Assembly (NCBI GenBank): GCA_036676455.1
Contig: JAKFCW010000101.1
Location: 5,211 to 69,210 of the forward strand
DNA: 64,000 nucleotides
Direction: 5' to 3'
From: Candidatus Sericytochromatia bacterium
Lineage (GTDB): Bacteria; Cyanobacteriota; Sericytochromatia; S15B-MN24; UBA4093
Both the position numbers and the translations under genes were made by a program. Under the pieces are notes generated by a model. That model did not search any database. It was not told the DNA's origin and worked only from the letters and a program-made list of their open reading frames with translations. Of this stretch, positions 61,901-64,000 are shown piece after piece; position 1 is the stretch's first letter, and each line of letters begins with the position of its first letter.

Positions 61901-62271
61901 GGGTCTACGTCGGAAGCTCGATGAACGATGAGTACACCGGGGTCTATCGCTTCGATCGCGATACCGGCGAGCAATGGCTCATCCGGGGTCTGGGATCCTC
62001 GGGGGCCAGCGCCATCGCCGTCGGGCCTGACCGGACGCTCTACGTGGGTGGGGGCAACGGCAAAATTTACCAGGTGGACGGCAACGGCGCGGCCTCGGCA
62101 GCCTGGGTGACGACTCCCGCCATTCCAAGCGATCGCCTCTACGGCCTTGACATCACGGCCAACGGCACCAAGCTCTGGGCGATCGGCAGTTCGCGCACCA
62201 TCTACGGCATCACGGTGGCCGGCAAGACCGTCGAGCTGGTCAAGCCGGGCCTCTCGTCGCCACGCTTCTAG
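58942..62271 (+). CDS. Giant lipoprotein, class B (B2', closest to B2). 1109 aa.
   Basis: The leader is MTMPFMRVLNLLLVVLLAGC-RLPSLLP. Motifs match B2 (AYYLDAIKGI, NQAGADAVRLRTVL, QHRDPLQF, VDSYDGHRAKLGDTLYVANFDRAKIVKV, YGIANPRGLAVDGAGNLYVSLSQSNAVLKV). It ends KPGLSSPRF. Confidence 0.85.
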   Translation: MTMPFMRVLNLLLVVLLAGCRLPSLLPHAATPLDGTSAAMPAHVLQGRIVSPPQVQASLTDIASFASIALIDSETGYTAATTVSGANGTFTLRFEAGFSPVDGRAYYLDAIKGIKETGPATDPNPLFNQAGADAVRLRTVLFHQSMPEGWVSLKNAAPGAIYISRGTTAIAMAVFLKQQSQAIAWSSLIGALHVETDAYTEVPASLTSTEFQDAYAIVDEAITQHRDPLQFLAFDSAVGFVNLYNGHSVDSLEPDHGAINQQIVIKGDGFLTPGDVTVTFNTTETVPPTGANRTKDRLVVTVPPGARTGPVLVKIGTVTQAGPAFTVDSYDGHRAKLGDTLYVANFDRAKIVKVSPDGVVEDFADVPAGPTQLAIYTDDSDPLQPIERLFVACETADQIVTLDLREPAPIAQPFVNLTKPAGLAFLGNVLYVSSKSLKTVSRFNLDKSSAGDALTGFEAPAALAFDFESQLFVADGNKVLRVNLTTGTSLVWIYLSSPRGLSVDSGGTLYVANYDDGVIYRILVIPPTNRRAAYVFARVPNPTGIMLDAAGYMFAASETQHQISRISPLGDMKPYAYGIANPRGLAVDGAGNLYVSLSQSNAVLKVEQNGSYRTRPFVTGIPNPHSITWRNDKLYLAHRDAGVVSSATAAGSMKTEAVGFTMPGGADVAADGTIFAGRYGASWHLEVWPPDPTHVHYNRGGLESYANGVISLDRGFVRTSLKGLVGLDDGTRYVLTSQNTLLELKATNGPSSSYRYRQLDAYAQTPLRIERDGAGNHLYVLLEGSKDVLRYEKLGDSWVKSVLDLDPALDKTGFTNPTRMTFDAAGDRLYVLDGGVLKRVEGATTATPALSTKAPGELWSVSLTGANSISYKNSRIYVTYGNTWIRSLDSTLASPTVSDYAQGPVNLTGVIAHPVSDYLFAYQGEDGYKVPPSGVFEYLTGYGGTAFAYTPDGTFMRDYVSYMPLYFGKTTLPGLVQTHEVAVDGDRVYVGSSMNDEYTGVYRFDRDTGEQWLIRGLGSSGASAIAVGPDRTLYVGGGNGKIYQVDGNGAASAAWVTTPAIPSDRLYGLDITANGTKLWAIGSSRTIYGITVAGKTVELVKPGLSSPRF

Positions 62272-62284
62272 CACGGGGGATCCC

Positions 62285-62632
62285 ATGAGACGAGACCTGT
62301 TGCCGACCCTTTTCATTGCCCTTGCGCTCGCCCTGGCGGCCGGCTGCGCCGGCGAGGACGACCTGCTCGGCGGAGCGGGAGCACGGAAGCCGGCTTCCGG
62401 CACGGCCGTGGAGGGTGCGGCGAGCGATACCGGGGCGGGATCGCAAACTCAGACCCCCACCCCCACCCCCACGCCGACTCCCTCGCCCACCGCGACCCCG
62501 ACGCCCGTGCCGACGCCGACGGAATATGCGACCATGCAGCCGCCGCCGGTCAACGATGAACCGGAGGGCCCCGAAGCGAGCCCGCCGCCGATCGATCAGA
62601 CCGAGCCGATCGAGGATGAGAATACCGTCTAG
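62285..62632 (+). CDS. Small Pro/Thr-rich lipoprotein (S4), 115 aa
   Basis: The leader is MRRDLLPTLFIALALALAAGC-AGEDDLLGG, followed by [22 protein letters not shown] and an acidic tail. Confidence 0.75.
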   Translation: MRRDLLPTLFIALALALAAGCAGEDDLLGGAGARKPASGTAVEGAASDTGAGSQTQTPTPTPTPTPSPTATPTPVPTPTEYATMQPPPVNDEPEGPEASPPPIDQTEPIEDENTV

Positions 62633-62705
62633 TCACCCTCGCCCTCCCGAAAACGCTTGCCTGTGCCCGATGCTGCGGGGACGTCGTTACCCGCGTTGAG
62701 CAAGC

Positions 62706-62714
62706 GGGTATACG
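62706..62714 (+). promoter_or_regulatory. Putative -10 element (GGGTATACG)
   Basis: About 50 nt upstream of the ATG at 62761. Confidence 0.25.
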
Positions 62715-62760
62715 AGGGGTAAACGGGCGGCCGAGCAAAGGAGAGCAGGAGCGAAAAAGC

Positions 62761-64000
62761 ATGAGGAAGCGGGGAAATCTCTGGCTGACGTTGCTGATGG
62801 CCGTGCTGCTGGCAGGATGCCCTCGTCCCCTCGTTCATCCCCCCACCTCCGTGCCTCAGTCTCCCCCGGCGTTCGGCGTCCAGGTCATGGTGCCTCCGCT
62901 CCAGGGAAAGGTCGCCACCACCCCGCGCCAGATCCAGGCCGGCATGGAGGACATCGCCGTGGGGGCCACCGTCGCCCTCATCGACACCGGGACCAACAAC
63001 ACCGTCTCGAGCACGGTCACGGATAACGAGGGGCGATTCGTCCTCACGTTCAGCTCGGGATTCGTGCCGCAATCCGGCAAGACCTACTATCTGGAAGCTC
63101 TCAAGGGCCTGCCGGTCAACGGGCAGCCAAACCGCGCCGGCGCCTCGGCCGCTCGCGTGCGGACCCTCATCGCCTGGGAGCCGGCCGGCTGGATGAGCCT
63201 GACCAACGCCGATCCGGCCGGCGGGATCATCATCAGCCGCGCCACGACGGCGATCGGCATCATCTCCTCGCTTCGCACCGCCGCCAACGACGCCCCGACC
63301 CTCGCGCAGCTGATTGGCAACGTCGTCGACGGCACCACCTTCACCCCCTCCGGGGGGATCCAGGCCTCGGAGTTCGACACGGTCCTGGGCTTCGTGAACG
63401 ACGCGCTGTCCCAGAACATTGATCCCCTCTACTACGTCGCTTACGATGCCCTGAGCCGGCAATACCTGCCGCAGCCTCCCGGCGTGGATATCAAGCCTCC
63501 CAGCCCGCTGAAGGGGGGGATCGGGACCGCCGTTTTCATCGAGGGTACCGACATGGGCGCGAATCCGGAGGTGCGCTTCAACGGCGTCCTGGGCACGGAC
63601 ATGGTCGTGAGCCACTCAGGGGTCACGGTCAAGGTTCCCGCCGGCGCCACCAGCGGTCCCCTGACGATCCTGATCGACTCGCTGGCCTTCAACATCGGCA
63701 ACTTCGCCGTCACCAACTGGGATGGTCACAATCCCTTCGACTCCCAGGACAACCTCTATGTCGCGAGCGCCCTTTCCGACCAGATTCTCCGCATCACGCC
63801 CGCGGCGGACCCCAGCGTCTTCGCCGAAGACGCCCGGCTCGCCTACCCACGCGGCATCGTGGTCGACGCGCAGGACAACGTCCTCGTCTCGAGCTGGAAC
63901 GGCAACCAGATCCTCAAGGTCAGCCCGCTCGGAGTCATCACCGACTTCTCCACCCAGGGCGGCTTGATCTACAACCCCTGGCACCTCACCATGGACGGAG
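62761..64000 (+). CDS. Further family member (class-A-like lipobox CPRPL, N-module + start of NHL propeller). Open at the right edge.
   Basis: This ORF is absent from the track because it has no stop in the window. Reading from ATG 62761 gives MRKRGNLWLTLLMAVLLAGC-PRPLVHP...GATVALIDTGTNNTVSSTVTDNEGRFVL...TYYLEALKGL...NRAGASAARVRTLIAW...QNIDPLYY...IPT-like (GIGTAVFIEGTDMG...VTVKVPAGATSGPLTI)...NWDGHNPF...LYVASALSDQILRI...VLVSSWNGNQILKV. Confidence 0.8.
   Translation, partial: MRKRGNLWLTLLMAVLLAGCPRPLVHPPTSVPQSPPAFGVQVMVPPLQGKVATTPRQIQAGMEDIAVGATVALIDTGTNNTVSSTVTDNEGRFVLTFSSGFVPQSGKTYYLEALKGLPVNGQPNRAGASAARVRTLIAWEPAGWMSLTNADPAGGIIISRATTAIGIISSLRTAANDAPTLAQLIGNVVDGTTFTPSGGIQASEFDTVLGFVNDALSQNIDPLYYVAYDALSRQYLPQPPGVDIKPPSPLKGGIGTAVFIEGTDMGANPEVRFNGVLGTDMVVSHSGVTVKVPAGATSGPLTILIDSLAFNIGNFAVTNWDGHNPFDSQDNLYVASALSDQILRITPAADPSVFAEDARLAYPRGIVVDAQDNVLVSSWNGNQILKVSPLGVITDFSTQGGLIYNPWHLTMDG

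Noticed and set aside
30869-62271. The A/B giants interpreted as phage tail fibres, Rhs/YD toxins or polymorphic toxin cassettes with immunity genes (with S as immunity).
   Set aside because: There are no phage structural, integrase, Rhs/YD-repeat, PAAR, VgrG or toxin-domain motifs. All proteins have SPII lipoprotein leaders. The S proteins are secreted low-complexity lipoproteins, not cytoplasmic immunity-like proteins. I cannot exclude remote homology without a profile search.
23060-64000. The whole lipoprotein region as a mobile genomic island.
   Set aside because: No integrase, transposase, tRNA target, flanking direct repeats or visible compositional shift is present. GC content and codon style look the same as in the first 23 kb.

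Overview
This is a very GC-rich bacterial window, roughly two-thirds G+C by eye, densely coding, with no rRNA, tRNA, CRISPR, transposase or phage genes that I can see. All domain calls below come from reading motifs in the supplied translations. No database search was run.

The window has three parts.

(1) 1-10.4 kb, miscellaneous genes: a partial ABC exporter, two translationally coupled SET-domain genes, a beta-barrel-like outer-membrane protein, an HD hydrolase, an M61/PDZ peptidase, a two-SLH-domain protein, a protein with a C-terminal J domain, and a membrane-anchored coiled-coil protein.

(2) 10.5-23 kb, a type IV pilus / type II secretion-like machine:
- a secretin
- four prepilin-type pilins that share an SPWGG motif
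- a platform protein with a duplicated N-terminal domain
- a PilM-PilN fusion (GspL-like architecture)
- a PilO-PilP-like fusion
- a PilB/GspE ATPase
- an embedded lipoprotein, an ABC-2 permease and a TPR putative lipoprotein

(3) 23-64 kb, the most unusual part: at least 11 paralogous large lipoproteins (about 700-1180 aa).
- All share an N-terminal module of about 300 aa: lipobox, carboxypeptidase-regulatory-like fold, helical linker, IPT/TIG.
- Most continue into long NHL-type beta-propeller regions.
- Eight of them form four tandem cassettes: class A giant lipoprotein (C-P-R-P-L after the lipobox Cys, ...PEL C-terminus), class B giant lipoprotein (C-[RK]-L-P-S-L, ...P-x-F C-terminus), a small Pro/Thr-rich lipoprotein (C-A-[ED]-[ED]-D-x-L), and an optional second ~62-aa lipoprotein.
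- The cassettes alternate as A1B1 / A2B2 / A1'B1' / A2'B2', which indicates a ~15 kb segmental duplication.
- A three-gene minor-pseudopilin operon sits on the opposite strand at the duplication junction.

I regard this pilus/T2SS-linked surface-lipoprotein cassette array as the candidate novel system.

Other signals are two intergenic repeat families, several hairpin terminators, and a recurrent GGGTAwrAG -10-like motif upstream of many transcription units. Most long reverse-frame ORFs in the track are high-GC antisense artefacts.
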